A stretch of DNA of 63,563 nt, the filler included, from Octopus bimaculoides (taxonomy: Eukaryota), in NCBI RefSeq assembly GCF_001194135.2. It is 5 parts of 4 records of this genome, joined end to end, with 100 filler letters (N's around TTAATTAATTAA, not from the genome) between each part and the next. Parts side by side here need not be neighbours in the genome. Positions count along the whole stretch, not along the records: positions 33,876 to 54,681 come from NW_026405108.1; 4 more parts are not named here. One strand, 5' to 3'. The position numbers were made by a program, and so were the translations under genes. Shown here piece after piece: positions 38,819 to 51,306 of this stretch. Every line of letters begins with the position of its first letter. Position 1 is the stretch's first letter. Below the pieces are notes generated by a model, which worked only from the letters and a program-made list of their open reading frames with translations, was not told the DNA's origin and ran no database searches.

Positions 38819-39175
38819 CGGTGATTCTACCTTTCCTGTTGTTTCCAGTCCAAATCTTTTCTCTCCTTGGTAGATTGTATAAGCCAGGTTCTTGAGCTTT
38901 TGTTCGTCATCGCCTTTGAATTTGGTGGTCATTCTTGATACCTCGTTGTCGAATTTTTTATAACTTGCTGCGTCATTTGCTTTCGGCCACTTAATCTTTG
39001 TCTTCTTCATGCCTATCACTGTTTGTGACTGTTCTAATTCAACTGTGGAATGTCCCTCGCTGTGGTTATTTTCCCGGAGGTTCTGGCCACACGTCTTACG
39101 GTTCATCAACCCGCGCTGTTGAATTACTTTCTTCTGACATACCTTCCCTGGCAGAGCAGTAAGAAAGAAGTCACT
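38819..39175 (-). mobile_element. Hero/R2-type (RLE) non-LTR retrotransposon N-terminal remnant
   Basis: KIKWPKANDAASYKKFDNEV...KGDDEQKLKNLAYTIYQGEKRFG matches the KWP.A...FD..V...G....KL....IY...ERFG block I recall from Hero-clade elements. Confidence 0.65.
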
Positions 39176-39184
39176 TCTTCAACC

Positions 39185-39932
39185 AGCCAATATGAAGCGG
39201 AGAAAAGATTGGACCTGTGAGATGGTGGAGAGGCCACTAACATTTTGGGACACTGTCATATTCTCTGATGAGTCTAGATTTGCTGTATTTTCTGACAGTG
39301 GTCAAGTGTGGGTCTGGAGACTCTGTGATCAAGAAATGGATGTGAAAAGGTTGCAGCCAACAATGAAATGTGGTGGCTATTCTGTGATGGTCTGGGAAGC
39401 AATTTGGAGCAATGGTTGATCAGAGCTGGTGGAGTGTGAGGGAATGATAAACTTAGATAAATATGTGTCTATATTGCAGAAAGGATTCCTTCCAATCTTC
39501 TCCAATGGTGAAATGATTAAAGAAGACTCTTTATTTATAGAAGATGGGGTTCCTTGTCACACAGCTAATAAGACCCAAGATTGGTTGGAAGAGAATGGCA
39601 TTAGAAAGCTTTCATGGCCAAGTCAGCCACTGGATATGAACCATATTGAACACCTCTGGGACATAATGGACAGGCCACTTCATAAAAAAGAACAAGAAAG
39701 CATCCTCAAATCCAGATCTTTTGAGATTACTGCATGAAACTTCTTTAAAAGAATATTTGTCATCTGATCAGTAGCATGCCTAATAGGGTCGTTGTACTGA
39801 AAAATGCAAAGGGCATGTCTACTAAATATTAGATATTAACATAATAATTAACAAATAATTTGAATGTATAATTTTAGATTTAAATAGATTTTAACAATTT
39901 ATAAGGGTGTCTTTTTACTTCTGTCATGTCTG
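39185..39932 (+). mobile_element. Tc1 (DD34E) transposon, 5'-truncated and defective
   Basis: VIFSDESRF...FIEDGVPCHT...WPSQPLDMNHIEHLW, with 34 residues between D and E. The right TIR ends ...ctgtcatgtctg followed by TA. Confidence 0.88.
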
Positions 39933-40306
39933 TACATATTTTTGTTGGACGTCTTTCAGTTTCTGTCTTCCAAATTCACTCACAAGACTTTGTTCAGTCT
40001 GGAGCTGTTGTAGAAGACACTTGCCCAATGTGCTGTAGAGTGACACTGAACCCCAAATCACATAGTTTGAAAGCAAGCTTTCCAACTTAATTTCAGTTGA
40101 CCTTGAGCAAGAAAGATATAAAGAAAGGCTTCTATTCTACAACTTCCCAGTTTTCATGTAATTTTACTCTTTACTCTTTTACTTGTTTGTCATTTGATTG
40201 CGGCCATGCTGGAGCACTGCCTTAATTATGTAAGACATAAAAATTTATGTTACTTTTTAATATTTTTAATGTTTTTTATTTTTCTATTTTCATCTTAACC
40301 CAAAAG

Positions 40307-40389
40307 ATGTTGAATATGAAGCTGAGAAGGCCAAATACAACTGCGAGTATTTGGTCGTCGGGTAAAGTCACCTGTACAGGTGCCACCAG
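40307..40389 (+). CDS. TBPL1: TBP-like factor (TLF/TRF2) exon, phase 0-2, 83 bp
   Basis: MLNMKLRRPNTTASIWSSGKVTCTGAT+ag vs human TBPL1 VLMKLRKPRITATIWSSGKIICTGATS. cccaaaAG acceptor, GTatgt donor. Confidence 0.92.
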
Positions 40390-43185
40390 GTATGTTAATC
40401 TGTCTCTGTTGCTACTAGTTCTCATAAATACATGTTTCTATATGCAATGTTACAGTTTTTAAAGATCTTGAAATTTGCCAACCCTAATTTTTTGTTGTTT
40501 TGGTTGAGAATTGTTTTGCTTATGACAACATTTCCTTATGGAAAAGTATGAATGGCACCTCATATCATTGGTTCCTTTTTTAACAGCTGTTTTGTATCAC
40601 TGACCAAGGGCTCATGAGCATAACAAAACACTAAGTGCATAATAAATACATAAATAGTGCAGATATAATGCAAAAGCACCCTGCAGATTGTGATAGACAA
40701 AGTAGAAATCTGGTCTAGTAGTGGTCTGCATTTTGGCAAATCATGTGCATGTGAACCTTTACCCCAGTAATCTCTGTATGACCTGGGAAGGCCTATTCCC
40801 TCTCCTGTTGCTGCTAAGTAGATTACAGGAACTTCAGCTGCCATGATTAGACTTGGAATGAATACTGGGGTGGTTTTCCCATTGCCTTCTCCAGGCAGGT
40901 GGGATTTGAACTCAGAATATAGAGGAGCTGGAAGATATATCATAAAGCATTTCTGCCAATGCACCAATAATTCTGTCACTCTCCCACCCCACAGAGCAAT
41001 GTCAAATGAAGTGTTTTGTTTAAGAACACAATGTACTGCCTGGTCCAGGAATTGATCTACTAATTGTGAGGGCAGCACCCTAATCATTAGGCCATGCACC
41101 TTCACAAAATAAAAAAAACCCAAAAAACAAAATCAAATAAAATTTCTGTGTGGCCTGGTGCCTAGTACTAAACGATTTGTTACCCAGTACTAGTCTGCAG
41201 CCTAGTGGTTTGGGGACCTCTAGTTAAAGAATTAGTGTTTCTCTGTGTTTGTCATGTCCAAACAGATTATTGTTGTTATGGCACTGTAGTGACAAAAAGG
41301 CAAAGAAGTGGACACTGAAACTAGTAGAGTGTCTGACAAAATATCTTGTACTATTTGCTTACTTGACTCTATATTCATATTCTGCCAATGTCTATTTTGT
41401 TTCATTCTTGCGATGTCAATAAAACAAATAGAGGATCCAATGTCATCAGGGTCACCTGACAAAGGTTGTGTCCCAGCAGAGCCTCAGTCTATAATGGTGG
41501 CCAATAAAAATAGAGTATTTAGTTGCATTTAATTAGCTTCAAATTCTAGTGGGATCCACTGATCATCTCTGTGGATAGAGTGGGACCTGGACCAAGCAGA
41601 GATTAATATTGGAGTGGAATTGGGCTATAAAAGAGTTATGTGTCAGGTTTAGAAAGAGTACTTTGGCCTTTAACAGGATCAATGAGCATTATTCCTAACA
41701 ACTGGCTTATCTTTGATGTCACAATTATGGCAATGTACTTATTTTCTTTGGTTTTCTACCTATCGTAAAACTACAATCCAGTGATGACAAGATATTATTC
41801 AAGAAAGAACATTTCAATCTTTCCACATCTAAAGCCCTATAATGGTGTCTGATGAGAAATGATATTATTCGTTACATCAGGAGTATGCTTTTTCCTTGCT
41901 GAACATACTTCCACGGAGCTTAGCACCCCTTATAGATATTACATTTCCCTGTCAGCCTTCAGATTACTCTGTCAAATGTTAAGCTTATTCATTCACATTG
42001 TTTTGAATTGATCATGCGTTATCTTGTAGCTTTGAGATCTTGATGAGGCAGCTGTTAATTTTTAGAATGATAATGTAGGGCTGGTGTGAGAGGCCAAATT
42101 TGACCAGTTTGAGCATAATACAGGTAGAATATTTGGGCTAGATATGGCTGCTTTAAATGCTAGACGGTTAAATCCATTTCATATTCCACTTAATATTGCC
42201 ATTCTTTTAGCCTTTAGAGTATCTGTCACCTGACAAATTTTGTTAATTAAGTACTGGGATAAATTTGTTTGACTAAACCCTTCAAGGCAGTGCCTCAGCA
42301 TGGCCACAATCCTGTGACTGAAATGAGTAAAAGTGATAGACTAGAATGTTCTGACTCCATAGCATCTGCTTTGGTGCAATACTAAAAAAGCTTCCATCTT
42401 AAAAGCTTGAGTAACCCATGGTAATGACTGTCAATATCACCCAGTTTCATCCTGTTTTGTATATTTGAGGAATTAAAAATCCTTCACAAATTAAGAAATT
42501 TTCCTGAATGGTTTGATTTCTTTGGTTGGTGAACTGCCTCCTCCTTCACCGTAGGTAATTTTATTAACCTGTTCCATAGAGATAGCTATTCTTACTCCTC
42601 ATAACCACTTAGGTCAGGTCAGCTATGGAGACATGTGCCATTGCAGTATATCACTGCATCCACTATTCATTGGCATTTGCTTTGGTCATCCTGAGCAACC
42701 TTCTGAACTGTGTTTTACTCATTCCCTATCTTTGCAAGATGCCTCCTCAACCGACGTGACCATACAAGATATGGTCAACCAACGTGAGCTGTTGTTGTAG
42801 CCACATCTTCAGAGAAGAGAACACAATATGGAGGCTGACTTTAAAATTCTTAGATATCCATATTCCTAGCCAACATGGCACTTAGTTTCTATGCCATTAG
42901 TGTTGTTACCTTATGACCATTGATGAATAAGCTACTTTAACCTTCTGCCTGTTTGAAGCATTTTCATAAGTTTGTCCTAAATATCCATGCAGAATTAATA
43001 GCCTGTCAGACAAAATGCTTAGCCATATTTTTTCCAGCTCTTTATGTTCTGAGTTTGAATCCTCTGAAGCCAACTTTACCTTTCATCCTTTCAGGATAAA
43101 ATAAGTATCAGTTGAGTACTGGGGTTGATGTAATTGACTACTCCCCACCTATCAATATATATAATGTTATGTCTTTGTGTATGTA

Positions 43186-43242
<57 letters not shown>

Positions 43243-43246
<4 letters not shown>

Positions 43247-44162
43247 TCATCCCTTAAATAATGTTTTTTTTTTATACATTTTATTTTTCAAAATTAAGAC
43301 ACTTCTTTTTTAATCTAAAATATACTCTCTATTTTCTACAATGCTCTTCCATCTATCTGATAGACATACATGCAAGACCCCTCTTCCAAAATTCACTTAT
43401 CCATGATGAAAAATACTCCTTCAGTACTATTCTGACCTCGTCTATAGAATTCATATTTTTTCGTCCAAATGATTTTGAAGATTACGGAATAGATAATAAT
43501 CAGATGGGGCAATGTCCAGTGAATATGGTGTGTGGGGCATTGTTTCCCATTCAGACTGCTCCAGCCTTTGGAATGTCATTCTTGCTGTATGTGGCTGAGC
43601 ATCTGAGCATTATCCTGCTGGAAGAACACCTTTTGTCTTGAAACCAAAGATGATTGTTTTTCTTCTCGTGTTGACTTGAATGACTGGTTGAATGACCAAA
43701 TCCAAGCTTCTCTGCTAGTTCCTCAACAGTTACAATGGTATTTTGTTCCACCAAGGTTTGCAGGACATCCTCATTGATCTCTCAGATCTTCCAGGACGAG
43801 ACTCATCTTTTAGGCTGTAGTTTCTGGCTCAGAATTTCTGGAACCACTGTTGACACTGGCTTACACTTATTGTCCAATCCCCATATACTGCATTAATATT
43901 TCTCACATTTTCTGTTGTGCTGTTGCCTTTATTGAACTCATAAAGCAAAATATACTGAATATGCTCCTTTGTCACTTCCATTATAACTTTGAAAACATAA
44001 CTGTTAAAATCGAACTGCACTCTTCAAAACTTACACTAAGAATAAGGACAAGAATAAAATTACTACCTGCTTTTATAGCAAGTTGATACAGGTAGTTTAC
44101 CCCATTCCCCTCCAGCTTTTAGTTCACGCAATTGAAAAAAACGCATTTATGGGATGACCCAA
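43243..44162 (-). mobile_element. Internally deleted mariner with both TIRs
   Basis: TIRs ggtcatcccttaaat (left) and atttatgggatgaccc (right) in TA context. Peptides MEVTKEHIQYILLYEFNKG and LQQDNAQMLRCSATYSKNDIPKAGAV (decayed). Confidence 0.82.
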
Positions 44163-44597
44163 TATATTTATATATGTATATCTTTTACTTGCTCCAATCA
44201 TTAGACTGTGGACATGCTGGGGCATCACCTTGAATTTTTAGTCGAATGAATCAAAAGTAGTGCTTTTTGTTTATTTAAGCCTGGTACCTGTTTTATTGAT
44301 TTCTTTTGCTGAACTACTAAGTTACAGGGATGTAAACACACCAACAGCAATTGTCAATCAGTGGTGGGGGACAAACAACACACACACACACACACACAAT
44401 GGGCTTCTTTTCAGTTTCCATCTACCAAATTTACCCACAAGGCTTTGGTTGGCCCAAGGCTATAGTAGAAGACACTTGCCTAAGAGGCAACACAGTAGGA
44501 TGAAACCCAAAACTTAGTCCTCTCCTAAACTAATCCTTATTTTTCCAAGTGAAGGATAGCACATTCATACACACATGCATACACATACTTGTGTGTA

Positions 44598-45653
44598 AAG
44601 GGTTCCTATAAGGTTGTTATCCACCCCTGATTGGAACTCTCCCGTATGACATGTACGCATGCTCAGTGACTTGCTTTAACTTCCGCAGATATGTTTCNNN
44701 NNNNNNNNNNNNNNNNNNNNNNNNNNNNNNNNNNNNNNNNNNNNNNNNNNNNNNNNNNNNNNNNNNNNNNNNNNNNNNNNNNNNNNNNNNNNNNNNNNNN
44801 NNNNNNNNNNNNNNNNNNNNNNNNNNNNNNNNNNNNNNNNNNNNNNNNNNNNNNNNNNNNNNNNNNNNNNNNNNNNNNNNNNNNNNNNNNNNNNNNNNNN
44901 NNNNNNNNNNNNNNNNNNNNNNNNNNNNNNNNNNNNNNNNNNNNNNNNNNNNNNNNNNNNNNNNNNNNNNNNNNNNNNNNNNNNNNNNNNNNNNNNNNNN
45001 NNNNNNNNNNNNNNNNNNNNNNNNNNNNNNNNNNNNNNNNNNNNNNNNNNNNNNNNNNNNNNNNNNNNNNNNNNNNNNNNNNNNNNNNNNNNNNNNNNNN
45101 NNNNNNNNNNNNNNNNNNNNNNNNNNNTGTGTGTGTGTGTGTGTGTTTGTTTGATTAAATAATAAATTTACAGCATTGAATCTAATATTCCTCTAATTAT
45201 TAGACTTTATGGTATGACTGTCCCTACCTCTTCTACACCTCATCATGCTCATGGCCAAATCAGTGAATGGTTGCTGAAAGCAGATTGGGATCAGGCAATA
45301 CTTCACCGAGAGGAGATATAAGCTTCTGCTTATTCCTGCCTGAAGTATCGTCCGATACTTCAGACTTATCGTCCGATGAATTTACTTTGTTGACATTCTT
45401 CATCAACAGAATTTTTATACCTTTCAACCTTTCAGTCAAGTCCGCCTTTCTTCCAGTAACATACTGTCCATATAATCTTAAGTATTTCTTTAACTCAGGC
45501 ACAGTAAATACTTCTATAGCTGAATTATTGAGCTGCTTTATATCCATGATAAGATGTAAAACAATAACAATAGCGTGGATAGTCTGCGGAAGTTTAATTG
45601 TCTACATGGAGCGCCGTCTACCCAAGGGAGATAACCTACTTATAGGAAAGCCT
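44598..45653 (-). mobile_element. Candidate TIR DNA transposon carrying a SAP-domain ORF (45260-45547)
   Basis: Imperfect ~24-bp TIRs: TA|AAGGGTTCCTATAAGGTTGTTATC vs TA|AGGCTTTCCTATAAGTAGGTTATC (reverse complement of the right end). A second inverted 12-mer AACTTCCGCAGA sits at 44678 and 45583. The ORF has FTVPELKKYLRLYGQYVTGRKADLTERL, a SAP motif. Confidence 0.62.
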
Positions 45654-45708
45654 TATATATATGCACATGCATTGATGTGTATATAAATGTGCATATGCAT
45701 GAGAATAG

Positions 45709-45741
<33 letters not shown>

Positions 45742-45779
45742 CATACACATACATACATACATACATACATACATACATA

Positions 45780-46977
45780 CAGGGGTTGGACAAAATAATG
45801 GAAACACCTTAAAATTTCAAATAAATTTATTTTAATATGCGGAAGGCGTGTGTTTGGCAGGTTTTGCAGCTTGAATTCTATAAGGTATGGACTTGTACAA
45901 AGTTTGAATTGTTTCCAAAGGTATTTTTGTCCATTCTTCAGCTAAAACAGCTGGTGGAGGATATCGACTCCTTACTTGTTTTTCTAAAATGCACCTTAAA
46001 AGTTTGATATTATTGAGATCTGGGGACTGTGTTGGCCAGATAAAATGTTCAACTTCACTAGAAAGTTCTTCGTGCCATTCAGTAACAACTTTAGCTGTGT
46101 GAATCGGTGAATTATCATCCTGAAAGATTGCGTTTCCCTCCAGAAACAGTTCCGCAACCATAGGATGAATTTGATCAGATAAAATGCTTAAATAGTCTTG
46201 ACTATTAATTCTTCCATGAAGGGAAACCATTGGGCTGGTGGATTTCCAAGATATAGCCCCCAGATCATATCTGATGAAGGCAGTCTGGGTTAAATCCTTC
46301 TTTTGGCTGTCTCCACACGTATACTTGGCCGGTGGTTGGAAATAAGGTAAAGGATGACTCGTCTGAGAACATTCTTCCACTGCTCTAGGAACCAATTCTG
46401 TAGGTTTTTACTCTACTCTAAATGCTTTGCAACATTTGTTTTTAAAGTAGTAGTTTTCTAATTGCAGCTCTCTTGTGAAATCCTGCTTTGTGCAGCTCCT
46501 GGCAAACAGTTTTTGTGGAAATTGGGTTCTTAAGGTGGTCATTAAGCTCTGCAATAATTTTGGGAGCTGTACTTTTGTGATCCTTTCTAACAATTAGTGT
46601 AAGAGTCCGATGGTCCCTATCTGAAAGTTTTGGTTTTCTTCCTGAGTTTGGTTTTGGCGAGGAGGTTTTTCCCTCTTTCTCAAAGGCTGTCATTACTTTC
46701 AAGACAGTACTTCTTGATACACCAAACATTTCGGCTGTTTTCGTTACGCTAGTGCCTGCTATATGAGCACCAACAATTTGACCTCTTTGAAAGTTCGATA
46801 GATCTGTCATTTTAATGAATTTTAATTACCTTTTTCTGATATCTGAAATGTAACAGCAACTTTAGCAAAACATATCAAGTAACACTAATAATAAATCAAA
46901 AGACCCTAAAAATAACCAAGTTTTTGATGTTTTGATGCTATGATGCTAGGTGTTTCCATTATTTTGTCCAACCCCTC
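45780..46977 (-). mobile_element. Tc1-family DD36E (Incomer-like) transposon, full span, defective
   Basis: 30-bp TIRs (CAGGGGTTGGACAAAATAATGGAAACACCT), TA TSDs, 1198 bp. Transposase MTDLSNFQRGQIVGAHIAG...SDESSFTLFPT...FQDDNSPIHT...SPDLNNIK has 36 residues between D and the E position (mutated to K), plus frameshifts. Confidence 0.88.
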
Positions 46978-49411
46978 TATATTTACTCTTTTACTTGTTT
47001 GTCATTTTACTGTGGCCATGCTGGAGCACCGCCTTTAGTCGAGCAAATCGATCCCAGGACTTATTCTTTGTAAGCCTAGTACTTATTCTATCGATCCCTT
47101 TTGCCGAACCGCTAAGTTATGGGGACGTAAACACACCACCATCGGTTGTCAAGCGATATTTATGCATATAAATTTGACACGGGCGATTTTTTCTTGTCTT
47201 GGGATTCATGGTCAAATGGCTGGGTGGAATTGCACGAAAATATAATAATACTCTTGAATGAGAAAGGAAGGGGTGATACATGAATAAGGAAGGAAGGGGT
47301 GATAGCATATTTTTTTATAGCTCCCATGGTTACCAAGATAATCTACAATAATAATACTCTTGTATTTATGAATGAGAAAGGAAGGGGTGATAGATGAATA
47401 AGGAAGGATTGGGTGATGTCATACTTGGTAGTGGGATGATGAAAATTGTGCACTGAAAAATAAATCAAACAGCGTTTCAACTCTGAATATATGTGTGTGT
47501 GTATGTAAAAGGGGTGTGTGTGTGTGTGTTTGTGTCTGTGTGTGCATGTGCGCGCACAATAGAAGTGAGATGGTTCATCTTTGTTCGCTAAGTACTTGGG
47601 TTTATTTTTTTGATTTAGTTGAATCTTGCTTGGTTTTATTTTTGTTGGTCAGTTATTTTTAGCGTTTTGACAGAAAAAAGTCATTCTAAAATTGTTTTTT
47701 AACGTAAGCGTGCTCAAACAAGTCGCATGCTTACACAGAGCAGGTTTTACAGCTACATCATTCAAACCGACTGGGTGAAAATGGGCTTAGCTGCTAGTAT
47801 ATATATATAAAAATCTAAAAAATGGAACAAAAAGTAATGGATGACAATGAAAACATTCGGACAGAAGGATGATACAAAGACGGACAGGAAAACCAGGACG
47901 GAACATTCATGGCTTTCTATTCTTCAGTCAAACTTCCAATCATCATTACAGTTTGGGCCTATTACACTTGACTGTTCAAAATTGATAGGCCCCCAAAATC
48001 TAAGCTAAGGTGTCTTTCGACTAATAAGGACAAGTTAAGTTAAGCTGGCGTGTGAAGTAGAAGCTTACAGCAACAAACATAGATGAAAGTCAGGAGACAG
48101 GAAAATGAGGTGTTGTGTGAGTGGCGGTCAGGCCAAGAAAGAAAGATCATGCTTGGCCAAGCACCGATCATGTGGGAGTAACAGAGAGAGGTAGGGAGCA
48201 GAGGGATTGAAGAATTAGGAAAGGAACTAGAGAGAGAGAGAGAGGGAAAGGTACAAGGGATACAAGAGGAAAGCAGATGACAATAGAGTGAGACAAGGCA
48301 TGTGGGTAGAATGCACATGTGGGGGAGGAGCAGACAGTAATGATTAGTGGCACTGGGCCAAGAGGACAAGATTGGGGAGTGGGAGGTAATCATAGTACAT
48401 GAAGTGGAAATGTGAGGAAGAGAAGAGATGTAGAGACGTTTGATTTGTTGTGGTAGAGTGTGTGAGAAGTTTTCTTGTTTATATATNNNNNNNNNNNNNN
48501 NNNNNNNNNNNNNNNNNNNNNNNNTATATATATATATATATATATTTATATACGCACACACACATGGATGATGAAACTTTCAACTGAGATGTTACAACTA
48601 CATCTGATTGGTAAAGTGCTTCAGTTCTGTGTATGTACATATATTTATGAGATTGCTTACATTTATCAATGGTTTCTCTTATTGTTTTGATGCACCATTC
48701 CATCATTAATAAAATTATCTTTCACTTGTTTCAGTCATTTAGACTGTGGCCATGCTGGGGCACTGCCTTGCATTTTTTATTGAATGAATTGACCCCAGTA
48801 CTTAAATTCTTTGCTAAGCTTGGTACTTATTCTATTGGTCTCTTTTTTTGCCAAACCACTAAATTACACACCAATACCAGTTGTCAAGCACACACTCATA
48901 CACACACACACACGCACACACACACACACACGGCAAGCTTCTTCCAGTTTCTATCTACCAAATCCACTCACAAGGCTTTGGACGGTCTTAGGCCAAAATA
49001 GAAGATGCTTGCCCAAGGTGCCATGCAGTAGGACCTAACCCAGGACCATGTGGTTGGGAAGCAAGCTTCTTACTATACAGCCATGCCTGTGCCTATATTG
49101 TCAGCATTTTTGATGACACAGGTGTGCTAGTAGTAGAAATAATTATGTTGAACATTTTAAGGCAGTGAGCTGGCAAAACCATTAGCATGTTGGACAACAT
49201 GCTTAGCAGCATTTCTTTAGACTCTTTACATTCTGAGTTCGAATCTTGCCGAGGTTAACTTTACCTTTCTTTTTTTGGCAGTTGATAAAATAAGTACCAT
49301 TTGAGCCCTGGAATCAGTGTAATTTGTCTTACTTTTCCGATTTCCCAATTTTCAGACATTGTGCCTATAATAGAAAGAATTAATATTTTTTCTCCCAATT
49401 ATTTTTTCCAG

Positions 49412-49579
49412 TGAGGATGAGGCAAAATTAGCTGCAAGGCGCTTTGCTCGCAGACTACAGAGGTTGGGTTTCAATGTACGTTTTATCAATTTCCGGATTG
49501 TCAATGTTTTGGGGACCTGTTCATTACCATTCGGCATCAAGATTAACCTTTTCTCCAAACAATATCCACAGCAGGCCAG
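49412..49579 (+). CDS. TBPL1: TBP-like factor (TLF/TRF2) exon, phase 2-2, 168 bp (absent from ORF track)
   Basis: (S)EDEAKLAARRFARRLQRLGFNVRFINFRIVNVLGTCSLPFGIKINLFSKQYPQQA(S) vs human EEEAKFGARRLARSLQKLGFQVIFTDFKVVNVLAVCNMPFEIRL. ttttttccAG acceptor, GTaagt donor. Splices in frame to 40389 (ag+t = Ser). Confidence 0.93.
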
Positions 49580-49593
49580 GTAAGTGCTAGAGG

Positions 49594-49635
<42 letters not shown>

Positions 49636-51306
49636 ATACATATATATAGTTGAAAGTTACAGAAAACAAAAGACGAAGACAGGTGTATAAACAACGAGCA
49701 GGTGTATTAGTTTGACGCTTGGGAAGGTGAGAAAGTCTTATATGTTTCAAGCCTATGCTCTTCAACAGAAAGGAACATGAGGAAATAAACAGAGAATAAA
49801 AAGAAAATATATGTGTGTATGTGTACACACACACACACACCCGTAGACTGGAACTTGGTGCAGTTTCTCAGTGTGCCTGTTTTGGTCTAACCCATACCAG
49901 TATGGAAAACAAATGTTAAATGATGATGATGANNNNNNNNNNNNNNNNNNNNNNNNNNNNNNNNNNNNNNNNNNNNNNNNNNNNNNNNNNNNNNNNNNNN
50001 NNNNNNNNNNNNNNNNNNNNNNNNNNNNNNNNCCATCACCGCAAAGCCTAACCCCTAGTTCAAACTTTGATCTCTTACCTAATTATTCGCTCTAAAAACC
50101 GTTCACAAAGCCCCAAGCTAACCCTAATATAGTCTAAAGTCTGAACCCCAATCCTAATAACAAACCCTCAACAAAATAAGAAAAACCACTTACCTTTGGC
50201 AATTTGCCCCCTATAATACAAGACATGATATGCAAACAATGAGCAAAATATCAAACAACAACATTTGAAAGTCAAGTTTTTTTTTTATGTGTCGAATCAT
50301 GAAATACACTTGTTTACTAAATACAGTTGTCCTTATATTCACACAGTACATTGCATCCACAAATCATCAAGCTAATCATTATCATGCGAAATGAAGTTGA
50401 TGTTTTTATTTATAACAGAAACAAATTAATTATTGCAATGAAAATAAGAAATACAATTAACATGTATATGTATCATCATCATCATTTAACATTCGTTTTC
50501 CAGGCTGTCATGGGTTGGACTATTTCACATGATCTGAGACAAACTACTACACTTAGCTCTAATGTGTGTTTTGACATGGTTCTCTATGTCTGAGTAACAG
50601 TTTCGGTAACACTGCCTTGAAATTTACTTGGTAATTTTACTAGTGTCAGAGTAGATTGCTAGTAGTGAGAGAGGTGGCTTCATCCTCAGCTGTAGTATGA
50701 TAGAGGGACAGGTAGAGGTGTGTTGCTACAGAGAAAGTACATGACTACCCCGCATATATGTATATAGATAGACATCGATCTCTTGTAATATTGGACTCTA
50801 TTTTCAATTTTGAAAATCGAGCACTTTCTCATTGACACTATGTTAACATATGAATGATGTGTGCTTTAAAAATACAGTGATTGCACCGGCACTAATTTCT
50901 TCAGATGATGAAAGTCACAGAGGGGATCATAGGCCAACTGATTAGGAAGAGAGTTAATCGAGATGAGATGCAATTTGGTTTTGTATCAGGAANNNNNNNN
51001 NNNNNNNNNNNNNNNNNNNNNNNNNNNNNNNNNNNNNNNNNNNNNNNNNNNNNNNNNNNNNNNNNNNNNNNNNNNNNNNNNNNNNNNNNNNNNNNNNNNN
51101 NNNNNNNNNNNNNNNNNNNNNNNNNNNNNNNNNNNNNNNNNNNNNNNNNNNNNNNNNNNNNNNNNNNNNNNNNNNNNNNNNNNNNNNNNNNNNNNNNNNN
51201 NNNNNNNNNNNNNNNNNNNNNNNNNNNNNNNNNAACCTCTGTACTTGACTTTTGTTGATATCATAGTCATACAGGCAGACCCTAGGAACACCTCTACGCT
51301 GATTAC

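Noticed and set aside
39266-39300. CTGATGAG hammerhead-like start
   Set aside because: It is the SDES codon string of the Tc1 transposase; there is no stem II or GAAA.
47770-47800. Helitron-like 3' end (...gggcttagctgCTAGT); similar at 34050-34080
   Set aside because: No convincing subterminal hairpin or 5' TC end identified.
50040-50200. CCCTAA-rich tracts (also 3555-3620) suggesting interstitial telomere
   Set aside because: Scattered, degenerate hexamers with no tandem array; more likely part of non-autonomous repeats.
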